From positions 1 through 64,000 of the forward strand of contig NW_026852108.1 of assembly GCF_026571515.1 (NCBI RefSeq): DNA of 64,000 bases, in the 5' to 3' direction. A program made the translations under genes and the position numbers. Source of the stretch: Ruditapes philippinarum. Its lineage: Eukaryota. Shown here in pieces: positions 48,701 to 60,700 of this stretch (its first letter is position 1; each line of letters begins with the position of its first letter). The notes beneath the pieces were generated by a model, which saw only the letters and a list, made by a program, of their open reading frames with translations, made no database searches and was not told the origin of the DNA.

Positions 48701-51700
48701 TTTTATACGGAAAGTGAACAAGACTAATTTGTATAGTGGTAGAAAACAAACTTCTCAAACCTAATTTTTGTATAAGCAATTTTGATGTTATTTATCCTTG
48801 TAAAACCACATAGCATAATGAATTATATTGTTGCATTGCAATTTAATACTATAAAAAAGGAGTATGGTTCATACACCATACAACTTTAAATTGGAACCAG
48901 TAGTTCTTTTATATAAAACACTAGAAATAAAGTGAAAATCATTTGTTATTCTGGGTTTATGTATTTAATATAGGCTGAGGGGTGGCCTAGTGGTTGTGGT
49001 GCCTGCCTACCAAGTTCAAACCCAACCCAACGATTGCGGGTTTAAACCCATGGATAACGGGTTCAAACCCAAGGATTGCAGGTTCAAACCAAGGGGTTCC
49101 GGGTTCAAACCCAGGGATTGCGGTTTCATTCCCTATTTGGTTCCGAACATTTTTCATTATATGACACTAGTATTGTTTAGTTCCTGGAAGCCGACTAACA
49201 CATGTTTGTAATAAGAATTGAATTAGTTGCACACTTATTTGTAAATATAAATGTTTAATCTAATACAGGGTGAACAGATGCGTCCACGTGTTGTGAAGAG
49301 GGGAGTTGAAGATTTTGAATCAGTAGACGAGGGGGAGTCAAGACAGGTGGATCATCTAGTGTTTGTTGTACATGGTATTGGTAGTACATGTGACTTCAGG
49401 TTCAGAAGTATTGTAGAATGTGGTACGTTATATTTATTTTAACAGAAAATTTAAATGTTCTTTTTCCCCCAAAAAAGGGTAGTTATTAAGTTATTTCAAA
49501 ACACATGAAGAAAAGTTACTTTAAGTTACTTGTTCAATACTGTTAAGTTTTATAAGGTCAGAAAGGATATACATGCAATTAAGTTAATTGGAGTTATCAT
49601 AATGCATGGATGGGTAGGCTGGCCTGGCTTTATACAAGTGACAAAGGCTACCAATCTAGCAGGTTATTAAGATTGATGGTTGTTTGCAGGTGCTTTCCAG
49701 GTTCTAAAATATTGCACTAAGGGAGAGGTCTTGATCTACCAGTAAAGCTGGAAAGTTTTCATTTAAATTTCACTGTGTCACTGTAACTTTAAAGCGAGAC
49801 AATAAAGTTTTTGAAAATGTCCATATGGATTTAAATTTCAATATTGGCAACATCATGATATAAGATTTAACATTTGTTTTTCAGTTGATGATTTCCGATC
49901 AATATCTAAAAGTTTGTTGTCTAGTCATTTTACACAGTATGTAGATAGCAATAGAATAGGTCGTGTCGAGTTTCTACCTATACACTGGCATACAGCACTA
50001 CACGGTGATGCTACAGGAATTGACAAGTAAGCAAGAATTCTGTTTTATTAATGAAGTCCAGTGAGAGTTTGCCCTTACCTTATACCACTTATTTAAGTTT
50101 GGTCATTAAAAATATATGGGAGTGTTAGTTATCCCACTCAACCTGCCATCACTGTTGATGGTAGTGTAATGCTTGTTTAGGGTTTTGCATGCAATTTAAT
50201 ATCTCATTAACATATGAAAATAATCAGTTGAAACTGATCACATTTTACTTTGGTCACTAAATGACACTAGTTACTCTGCAGAGGGTTTTTATACAAAATT
50301 ATCCCCCTGTATTGAACTTCTCTATGGCTAGAATACTGTTTCATTCTCAAGCACTGATAGTTATTGAGCACTCTTTCGATGTAAAAGGTTTCGTTTATAA
50401 AAAAGTTTTTGGGTTATGAAATGCTTAAATATTCTTTATCACACAATATATTGAACAATAAAATGTTGAATGTCATTTTCAAGTTTATCAAGCAGTAATA
50501 TTAAATATGTGAGGGATATTTGCTTGTTTTCATTTAATATGATATATATTTCACTGAGAAGTGAGAAAATTGCTAAAATTTCACCAGCTTGTGGATATTT
50601 TCTCAAAAACAAAAAAGTTTGGCAAAGCTTTATCACATGTTATTGATACACAGTTAGTATTATGAATTTCAGACCTAACTTAATTAATCATATTAAGAAA
50701 AATTATAATGTTTACATACATGTATGTACATTTTCAACAAAATATGTCATGCAAAATACACAAAGTGTATACAAGGTATGTTATTATGTCTCCCCCACCT
50801 CGGGGGGAGACATATTGTTTTTGCCCTGTCCGTCCGTCAGTCCGTCCGTCTGTCCGTCCGTCCATTCTTCGTTTCCGGACGATAACTAGAGTTCCTTTTG
50901 ACCTACAGCTCTCAAACTTCATAGGATGAATGGTCTTATTGAGCAGATGATCCCTATTGTTTTTGGCGTCAGTAGTTCAAAGGTCAAGGTCACAGTGACC
51001 GTTGGTCAATTTCTCGTTTCCGGATGATAACTAGAGTTCCTTTTGACCTACAGCCCTCAAACTTCATAGGATGATTGGTCTTATAGAGCTGATAATCCCT
51101 ATTGTTTTTGGGGTCAGTAGGTCAAAGGTCAAGGTCACACTGACCGTTGGTCAATTTCTCGTTTCCGGATGATAACTAGAGTTCCTTTAGACCTACAGAC
51201 CTCAAACTTCATAGGATGATTGGTCTTATTGAGCAGATGATCCCTATTGTTTTTGGGGTCAGTAGTTCAAAGGTCAAGGTCACAGTGACCGTTGGTCAAT
51301 TTCTCGTTTCCGGATGATAACTAGAGTTCCTTTTGACCTACAGCCCTCAAACTTCATAGGATGATTGGTCTTATAGAGCAGATGATCCCTATTGTTTTTG
51401 GGGTCAGTAGGTCAAAGGTCAAGGTCACAGTGACCGTTGGTCAATTTCTCATTTCCGGATGATAACTAGAGTTCCTTTTGACCTACAACCCTCAAACTTC
51501 ATAGGATGATTGGTCTTATTAATCAAATGATCCCTATTGTTTTAATGGTCAGTAGGTCAAAGGTCAAGGTCACAGCGACCGTTGGTTAATTTCTCCTTTC
51601 CGGATGATAACTAGAGTTCCTTTAGACCTACAACCCTCAAACTTCATAGGATGATTGGTCTTATTGAGCAGATGATCCCTCTTGTTTATGGGGTCCTATA

Positions 51701-54700
51701 ATGTAGAATTACAGTGTCGAGATTATAATAATCATCTGAATACATTGGACACTAATCAGTCAACTGTTAAAGGTGGTGTAGCCCTCTTCATTCATCAAGA
51801 CTTTGCTTATGAACGAATACCCACGGATGCATGTGGAATCGAGTGTGTTGCTGTAAAACTTTTAGCTAAACAACTGTCTGTCTACTCTGTATATAAACCT
51901 CCGTCATTGCCGATTAACTTGTTCCTTCAAAAGCTTACCCTTGTCTTGGAAAATTCACCAACAGAAAACTGCATAGTTCTAGGAGACTTCAACATTGACC
52001 TCATTCAATATTTAGAACATCCATTGACCCACACTATGTTACGACATCGCTTTAAACAAATAATAAACAAGGCTACTACAGCACACAACACACTTATTGA
52101 CCATATCTACCAGAGAGGCTTGATTGTGAAAACGAGTGGAGTCATCCCAACACACTACAGTTATCATGATTTGACATACATTGAAATTTGAGTTGTCTTT
52201 CAATAGTGTAAAAAATCTGACAATATGAACGTTTGTTTCAAGTATCATCAAAATCCTTCAAAGGGTTGAAGAGTTATGGAGCAGACACAATTTCCTTTAA
52301 TTTCGTTTGTGAAACTATATATGATATGACATTCAAGTGTCAAGTAGACCTTGACCTTGGAACCAGCCATACGAAACATGTACTCTACACGTTCTCTGGA
52401 TGTGGTGAATTTTTGTTTCAAGTATCTACCAGAGAGGCTTCATTGTGAAAACGAGTGGAGTCATCCCAACACACTACAGTTATCATGATTTTACATACAT
52501 TGTAATTTGAGTTGTCTTTCAATAGTGTAAAAAAATCTGACAATATGAACGTTTGTTTCAAGTATCATCAAAATCCTTTAAAGGTTTGAAGAATTATGGA
52601 GCAGACACAATTTCATTATTAATTTCATTTGTGAAACTATATATGATATGACCATCAAGTGCAATTTCGTTTGACGCCCGCCTGCCATACGCTGATTGAA
52701 TAACCAGGATTTTCAAAATTGAATACCTGGTTAAAAACAAACAGTTTAGGAAGCATCTTCTCATACAACCTTAACAATAGAAACCATCCATAGACAGCCT
52801 TCATTGAAGTGACTACCGGGTATTTACATTATCTTATCTCCATTTCCATTCCTATTTCCATTCACAGTTATTCTCAGCAGTGGGGGAGACATGCGCTTTT
52901 TTACAAAAGCATCCTCTAGTTTTTTTATGTTTTGTATTTCTGTTTCAGGAGAATAAAGGCCATAACATTACAGAGTATATCAAAGTTACGAAATTTTGTC
53001 AACGATACAGTGTTAGATGTATTATTCTATACTAGTCCTACATACTGTCAGGTAGTTCTTATTTCTATCTTGGTACAATTCGAATTTGATGAATATAATT
53101 ATAATTGTAGATTCAAAGGAACTCCACTGAAACTTTAGATTTGAATTTTCTATATAGATAAATCTGGGGCATATAATCACTTTGTCCCTTCCCGTCCTAT
53201 CCCATTTTGGAAACTGGTAGAGATATTAACTTGAAACTTTGCACATCAAAGCAATATCACAGTATGAATATCTCTGTCAAGTTTCATAACTCTCATAGTT
53301 CGTTTGACAGAATTATGCCCCTTTTGACTAACTTAGAAAATATCCCCCAAAATGTGCCAAAGTGGCTTAGTATTGCTTTATTGTTAATGAATGAATTGTC
53401 TTCATATTGCATTTATATTTCAGTGTATAGCAGATACAGTAGGACAAGAAATTAACAGATTGTATGATTTATTCCTGACAAGACATCCAAACTTCTCAGG
53501 TGGCGTGTCAGTGGCAGGACATAGTTTAGGTAATGCTTTAACCCAACACAGCAATAAAGTTCTTTATTGGTTCATCGTAATATATTTCCATCCTACAGAT
53601 TATCCAAACAGAAAAAAAGTATTGAAGTTTCGAGGTTTTATTCTTCTGAATAAGACATAAAAAAATAAGCTAAAATGGTTTTCTAGCATGTTTGTTCGAA
53701 GAAAAAGTCTTGCTATTGTGATCGCTACATCGTCATTGTCATCGATGTTGTTGTCATGGAGCAAAAATTTTAATGTAGCCCATTATTCAAACATTTAAAA
53801 ATTTATCAACATGAAACTTGGATTACTTGCTTATCATGACAAGGTGCATTTGTAAGACATGAGACATAATTCTGAGTTACTTGGAATTTGTGTCAAAATT
53901 GGTTATTAAAACCCTTTACAGACGAGTGTAAACACTACATGCTGTGCTTCATTTGTTACATGAAATAAACTTTAACCTTGATTGCTAGTGGCATTTATTA
54001 CCAGGCTATGCCAACAGTATAGAAACAGGTCGGTCTGCAATCGCATGCAGTCAGACCTTGTTAAGTCCTTCATATTGCTGGATTAGTGTATTTTGATAAA
54101 TTAAAAAGTTTTTAAAATAATAAAGAGCATTTCCAAAATTTAAAACAAATCAAAAGATTCTTTAGCATTAAGAGTATATACAGATAAATTCTTTACTTGT
54201 TAATAACACAGATAGTATTGAAATTTAGACATGCTTTAATTTTAACAGATGAACCTTTGAAAATTGAAAACCGTAAAAATCTGTTTATATTGAAATTTTT
54301 AATAGTATGGATCTTAGATATATTTTACTTTGTTTTACCCTTACTTTAAACAATATGGGAAATGTATTTTTACTTCAATATTTTCTATCCAACTTTTATG
54401 TTGTTGTATTCAGGGTCGTGTATACTATTTGACCTACTGCATAATCAAGCGGACCCGACAATGACCCCTGACAGAAATTCAGAGTTGAGCAATGGTAGTC
54501 GAGAACTGTCCAGGGAACCTACACCTCAGCCATCATTTACTAGTCAAACAGAGGTAATCTTATCAGTGATATTATTAGGAAAATAGGTGATAAGTTTAGG
54601 TGTTTTCCTAATTTACAAAAACATTGAAAATTCCTAATTTTATCTTGAAAATGTCTGAAAATTTGTTAAGTTTTTGCCAACCTAGCATGATCCTTTTAAC

Positions 54701-57700
54701 ATTTTTCTTTTGAATATTGGGAAGAGATGGCTTTGATAAGTGATATTATTAGGAAAACAGGACACAAGTATTGGCGTTTTCCCAATTAACAAAATTGTTG
54801 AAAATTCCTAATTTTATTTTGAAAATTTCTTGAAAATTTGTAAAGACTTCGGACACCTAGGATGTTCCTTTTAAGATTTCTATTTTAAATATTGGGCCGA
54901 GTTGGCTTTCATGACAACTATTCTCTAAGAATTAACTATCAACTACATGTATATTACAGTGACAGGTTTGTTCATTTCCCAATTTTCAAAGGTCATTGTC
55001 CTTTAAACTTCCCAATGACAAAGGCATAGGCTTTTGTGAAATAAAGTAAAAAATTGTGCATGGATACAGTCATGTATATATTTACACCAATAAGGGCCCT
55101 TTTCATGTGGCCAGTCACACATATATTGTCGTTATTTTGTTTGTAAATTTTCATTATAGATACAGAAGAAAACTAAATGCAAGATTTTAATACAAAAGAT
55201 AAAAGTCAGTGTGAATGATTACTTAAGCTGTAACTGATACTAATGGAAATTCCAGGAAGTTATGCAAAAAGAAAAATGTCTGTCTTGAATGAATTGAAAA
55301 GGGAAGATAAATTGAGAGTGAAAATATTGAGCCGAGTCACGACAAAACCAACATAATGGGTTTGCGACCAGCATGGATCCAGACCAGCCTGCGCCTTCGC
55401 GCAGTGTGATCAGGATCCTTGCTGTTCGCTTACAAACCCTATTACAAGTAGAGAAACTGATAGCGAACAGCATGGATCCTGATCAGACTGCGCAGAGGCG
55501 CAGGCTAGTCTGGATTCATGCTGGTCGCAAACCCACTATGGATGGCCTAATGATGTCTAGCTCTCAGTCAACATTGTAAAAACAAGTAAAATTCCAGCAA
55601 AAAAAAAAAAAAAATCCAACCTATTGAATAAACCGTTTTGTTACTGAGTGTGATTTTTTTATAACATTTTTTAGTTATTAATAAATGTGAGTTTCTCATT
55701 GTTTTAACAGAGTGAAGTTGAGCCAACTGAGACTGGGGACCAATTACAAGAGGAAGATTCTACTCTAACACTGGCCGAATTGCTGTCAAAAGTTGGATTA
55801 CAAGAAAAACTGTCATTGTTTGAGCAGGAACAGATTGATATGGAGTCATTGGTAAAATGACTTGTTTATCTTTTCATTTCTTTCAATTTCATTAATGTTA
55901 TTTTAATTTTGTACTGGGATCAAGTTACATTTGTATTGAATGTTTGCTTTCAGTCTTTAAGGATGACCAAAGACCATGTCTTTACAGGATAAATACTGGT
56001 AACTAGTGTTTACATGACTAAAACCTATGTTTTTCATGATTAAATCCCAGTATTTACATAACTAAAACTTAGGTATTTACATGATTAAAAAATTCAAAAT
56101 TTACATGGTAAGAACCCAGCATTTACATGGTTTACATTATTTGTAAGGGGAATGATACAGCTACAAGTAATAAATGAATCGTCATAAATAAATAGTAATA
56201 TTTTATGTGACATATATTAATTATTTGCAGAGTGTTTTCATGTTTATATTTTAGATAATGTGTAGTGAATCTGATCTGAAAGATCTTGGTTTACCGATGG
56301 GTCCCAGGAAGAAATTACAGGGTATTCTCAAAGATGAACAAATGAAAAAAGTAGGTTACAAGTAAAACAAAGGTTTAAGGTGTATATTGCAGAGAGTTCT
56401 ATATGTGGGAGTTTTTTTGAAAGAAGGGTAGAATCAGGGGACTTGAACAAACGTCCTGGTTTGAGATTAATTTTAGATAAAGGAGGGTTCAAATTATGGA
56501 GTGTACAGTACACTGTACATATATGACAGTCTACAAACATTTAATAAAATGAATAATGATAAGAAATAACACTTTAGTCAAATTGGTAGTTCTATTTATT
56601 TTATTGAAAGAACACTGTATTCGGACACAACTGTTTCGGATAGGAAAAAAGAGACCATAGTTCATGAAAACAAGTATGTGAATATATTTGAATATTTGTC
56701 AGGAAGATTTATAACAAATTTATAATACTGCAAACATTGTTTTTAAGAGGAAAATGTCAAATTGATTCATAAATTGATAGCAGCCATATATATAGAACTA
56801 TATAAACATCAAGATTATCCAATGAAAAGTAACATTACAAACATGCTGTATTATAAATGTATATATACATGTGTATAGATTATCAACTTGCCACATTCCA
56901 TGATGTCAAAGTAATTTGTGGGGTGTAAATCACCTTCCGTAATAGTACTAAATAATGTTCCTGATTAAACCTAAAATAATTTAAACAAATGACAATTTCT
57001 TGAATTCATATACCTCTTAACAGAAAGATTGAAAAAGAATACCTCAGTACCTTTGTTTACATGAAAACTTTATTTTTCTAGGACACGAAACAGAGAAATG
57101 AGGTGAAGAAGGCCAAACAGGCCGAAGACGCCAGAATACGAGAGCAACTTGCCGCAGAGATGGCACTTCAACAACAGCAACAACAAGTGTATGTTGATAA
57201 TTGATTTTGTATTAATGTCTACCCTGTTGAATTTTTGTGATGCATTAAATTGAGTGCTTTTTAAGAAAAGTCCATTGTTTATGTAAGGGATTTAAGTTTG
57301 GTAATACAATGATTTAACAGAAGTATAGACCCTGTCCTGCCGATCTTACTGTATACATATAATAGGTCTGTGTACTGGTGGTCATAAGTTTATATAGCCC
57401 CTAGTGTGAAAATCTTAAAATTATTGATAGCTTTTCCATAAGACTATGGTTTTTTTTTATGAAAAATGCAGCAGTATTTTAAAACTACTCCAGTCATAAA
57501 GTTATGCACTTTTATTCTCATTAAATGTGAATTTTTTCTTTTGTTAGTTTAAGAGCATGTAAGCATCATAATCCATAAATGTAACTGCCAATGATAATGT
57601 TATTAAGATTGCTGACTGCATGTGTATAGCATAGACTACTGATAGAATGGCTGGTATTGTAAGGGTTAAAGGAGGTGGGGAATTAATATTATCAAAAAAT

Positions 57701-60700
57701 CTAAATTAAATCTGTATAACCAATGCTCAAAAGTGACTGTACATTTTCAAGGAGCTCAAGTTTTTGTAAAGCATAGTATTGGCTGGGAATATTTGTTAAA
57801 GTAAACTAGAACCTGATGATGTAACATGTTTGCTATGATGATAATTGCTACACCTTTGAATGTGTGTTGAAAATAACTTTCACTTTATCTGAGCAAACTG
57901 TGTATGTACATCTTGTGTTTGTAAAAGAACATAGTAGAGCTTCTTGCATTTTAGCAAAAGAAATTGCTTCAGATAAGTTTTGGTTTCTTTGGGGAGTTTA
58001 TGATTTATTGGCATTTGATCTAATTTATTATTTATTTTGAAAGCATTATTTAACCCGTATCATACTAAATATATCTTAAAATGGACTTGTCCTTTCAATC
58101 TGGACAGAACCATTCATCATTTTAAAGGAAATATTCAAAATATGAACTGTCTGAATAGCAAACAATGTCGACCATGATCGTAAAGCACAGTTGTGGTCAT
58201 GCAATGTGGTCTGTACTGGTCACTTAGGAAGATTCTGATTCTGTAGTCATTAGTTAGAAAAAAGCTATTAATAATTCTTGCAGTTAACATTTGCATAAAA
58301 TATTATCAGTGTTCATAATATATTAAAATGGAAAGAAAAATTTTCTTTTTTTTTTCAGAAATCCACATAAATCTTCAAGTTTATCGGTGGACTACATTAT
58401 GGGTGTTGGGGGCACTGGCCAGCCTCACATTAAGTTTACCCAGCTCAAGTTCAATCCTGTATGTTGTTTTGCTCTCGGTTCTCCAGTGGGGATGTTCCTG
58501 TCCGCACGAGGAGTTGAAAATATAGGAGAAGATTTTAAACTTCCAACGTGTCAAAAATACTTCAACATATTTCATCCAGTAAGTATGGAGTATAAAAAGA
58601 ACAGAAATGTTTTCATAAATAAATAAGAACTTTATTGTGACAATTGCTTGGCACATTTACTTAAATTACTTCCCTTTATTGTGAAATATCTAACATACTA
58701 ATGTTATCAAGTAGGTAGTATTTAAAAATTTTTTACTCAAATCTTGAAATTGCACCAAATTACCTCCCTTTAATTTGATTTTAATTTAAAAAAGAAAAAA
58801 ATAATACTTTTTGAATGATTTTTTTTTCTCAAACTTGAAAACATCTTACATTATTATTACAAATGTTGTAATAAGTATTTCAGAAAATAGTTTTTCAGTA
58901 GGTTAATACTTGATGTAAATTAATGAAGAAATTGCATATATAATTTTAAGTGATATTTGAAGTAAAGGTTACTATGATGAAATAGTGCTACACCATTGAC
59001 TGCTGGTTGAGAAGAAAACACTATACTCTGAGTAAACTTCTTTATGAACATGAATGGATGGCTAGAGTTCAAATTGTAATTCAAATTGTTTTCATTGGGA
59101 CTTATGTCAAATTGACACAGTATAGGTCATATGGCAATGTTCCAGCTGTACTTAAGAGGAAGATCTCAGGTGCCTTTCAGTGCATATGAGCACCTGAGTA
59201 GAACAACCAATCCGTAAGCTAGCTGGATAGCTTCCTCACATGAAAGAATCCAAAGTCCCTGTCAGGATTCAATGTCAACAACCTTAATCACTCTCCTGAT
59301 TATCCAAATTATATAAAATGCCTGTTGTGTAACACACATGGACATAGTGATGTGTACATTAGAAAATGTCCCCGGATCAGAATATTATGCTACTATTGTA
59401 AGTTGGGTTTAAACTGTTTGCCAATGATCCCATGCATGCGCGATTCATTTTTAAGGAAATATACAAATAATTTCTTTTATACATGTATTTTGGAAAAAAA
59501 AATTCAAATGTTTACCTTTGATTTTGTAAACTGCAGACAGAAAGTATACAGTAAATGATAAAACAAATTTTTCCTTTCTATTTCAGTTTGACCCAGTGGT
59601 ATGTATTAGACCTGAAGTCATATATAAATAATTTAATTCTTCGTAAAAAATATTGATACTTCTTTATGTTTACAATTTCTTAGTATCATTCTTTTAATAC
59701 TTCCATTATTCAGTCATTTCAGGGCTGTTGCAAATCTATAAATTGAGCTGCGTTACGACAAAACCAACATAATGGGTTTGCGACCAGCATGGATCCAGAC
59801 CAGCCTGCGCATTCGTGCAGTCTGATCAGGATCCATGCTGTTCGCTGTCAGTTTCTGTACTTGTAATAGGGTTGGTAAGTGACCAGCATGGATCCTGATC
59901 AGACTGCGTGGATGCACAGGCTGGTCTGGATCCATGCTGGTCGCAAACCCATAATGTTGGTTTTGTCGTGACGCGGCTCATATTATGACTAATGTAGGTA
60001 TAAATACATTATTTCTGTAATTTTTACCTTTACAGATAACATTTTAAACTTATTTGTGTTAGTTAATTCTAGATTTACAAATGATAAGAGTTGGTTTAAA
60101 CATGTTTATTTAACATGCGAACAATATTTACAAAATACATTTTGGGATTCAGCAGAAAGCTATAAAGCATATGAGAGTCCTCTCCCTAATGATAGGATTA
60201 ATTGAAACTGTACATGCATTGCTTTGAATTTAGTACTGTACATTAGATAACTTTCTTTAATTTTATTAGCAAAATTTTGAAATTAACCCTTGACCTGCTG
60301 AATTTGGGTCAATTTGGGTACCATTTTAATAACAAAATACAATTTTAATACCAAAATACAGTAAAGAGACTGATCAGCAAGCAGGCCTAGCTCAATAAGG
60401 GTGCCAAAGGCTAAACACTTTGCGTTCTAGCTGGTTATGGGTTTAGCAACCAAATGTCTGACCAAGCCTGCATGTCTGCACATACAAGTTATGATATCTG
60501 TCAGTGTTGAAAGATGTCTGCGAAAACTACGTATATAAGTGGATATTTCTGTGTTTCGAAAATTTACCCAATTTAAAATTCCATTTATTTCACCTGAGTA
60601 AATATATGCAAATCATGCAAGGGTAGAATTTAATGATAGGTTGGTTGATATTTACGCTAGAGGTAATTATAGCCATTTTCATCAATTCACGAAATTGGCA

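Larger units (their letters stand above)
50781..52922 (+). mobile_element. Helentron-associated element with 145-bp satellite array and endonuclease remnant
   Basis: subTIR ATGTCTCCCCCAC (50786) / GTGGGGGAGACAT (52880); 5' hairpin; (GTCC)n; 3' hairpin GCTTTT..AAAAGC then CTAGTT. Confidence 0.88.

Noticed and set aside
51682-52191. Host nuclease gene or LINE ORF2
   Set aside because: No genuine start, N-terminal motifs missing, stop directly after the domain, no RT, and it lies within HINE termini.
55373-59935. Repeated MDPDQ... peptides (55373..55579, 59753..59935)
   Set aside because: Translations of the palindromic Sola-like MITE.
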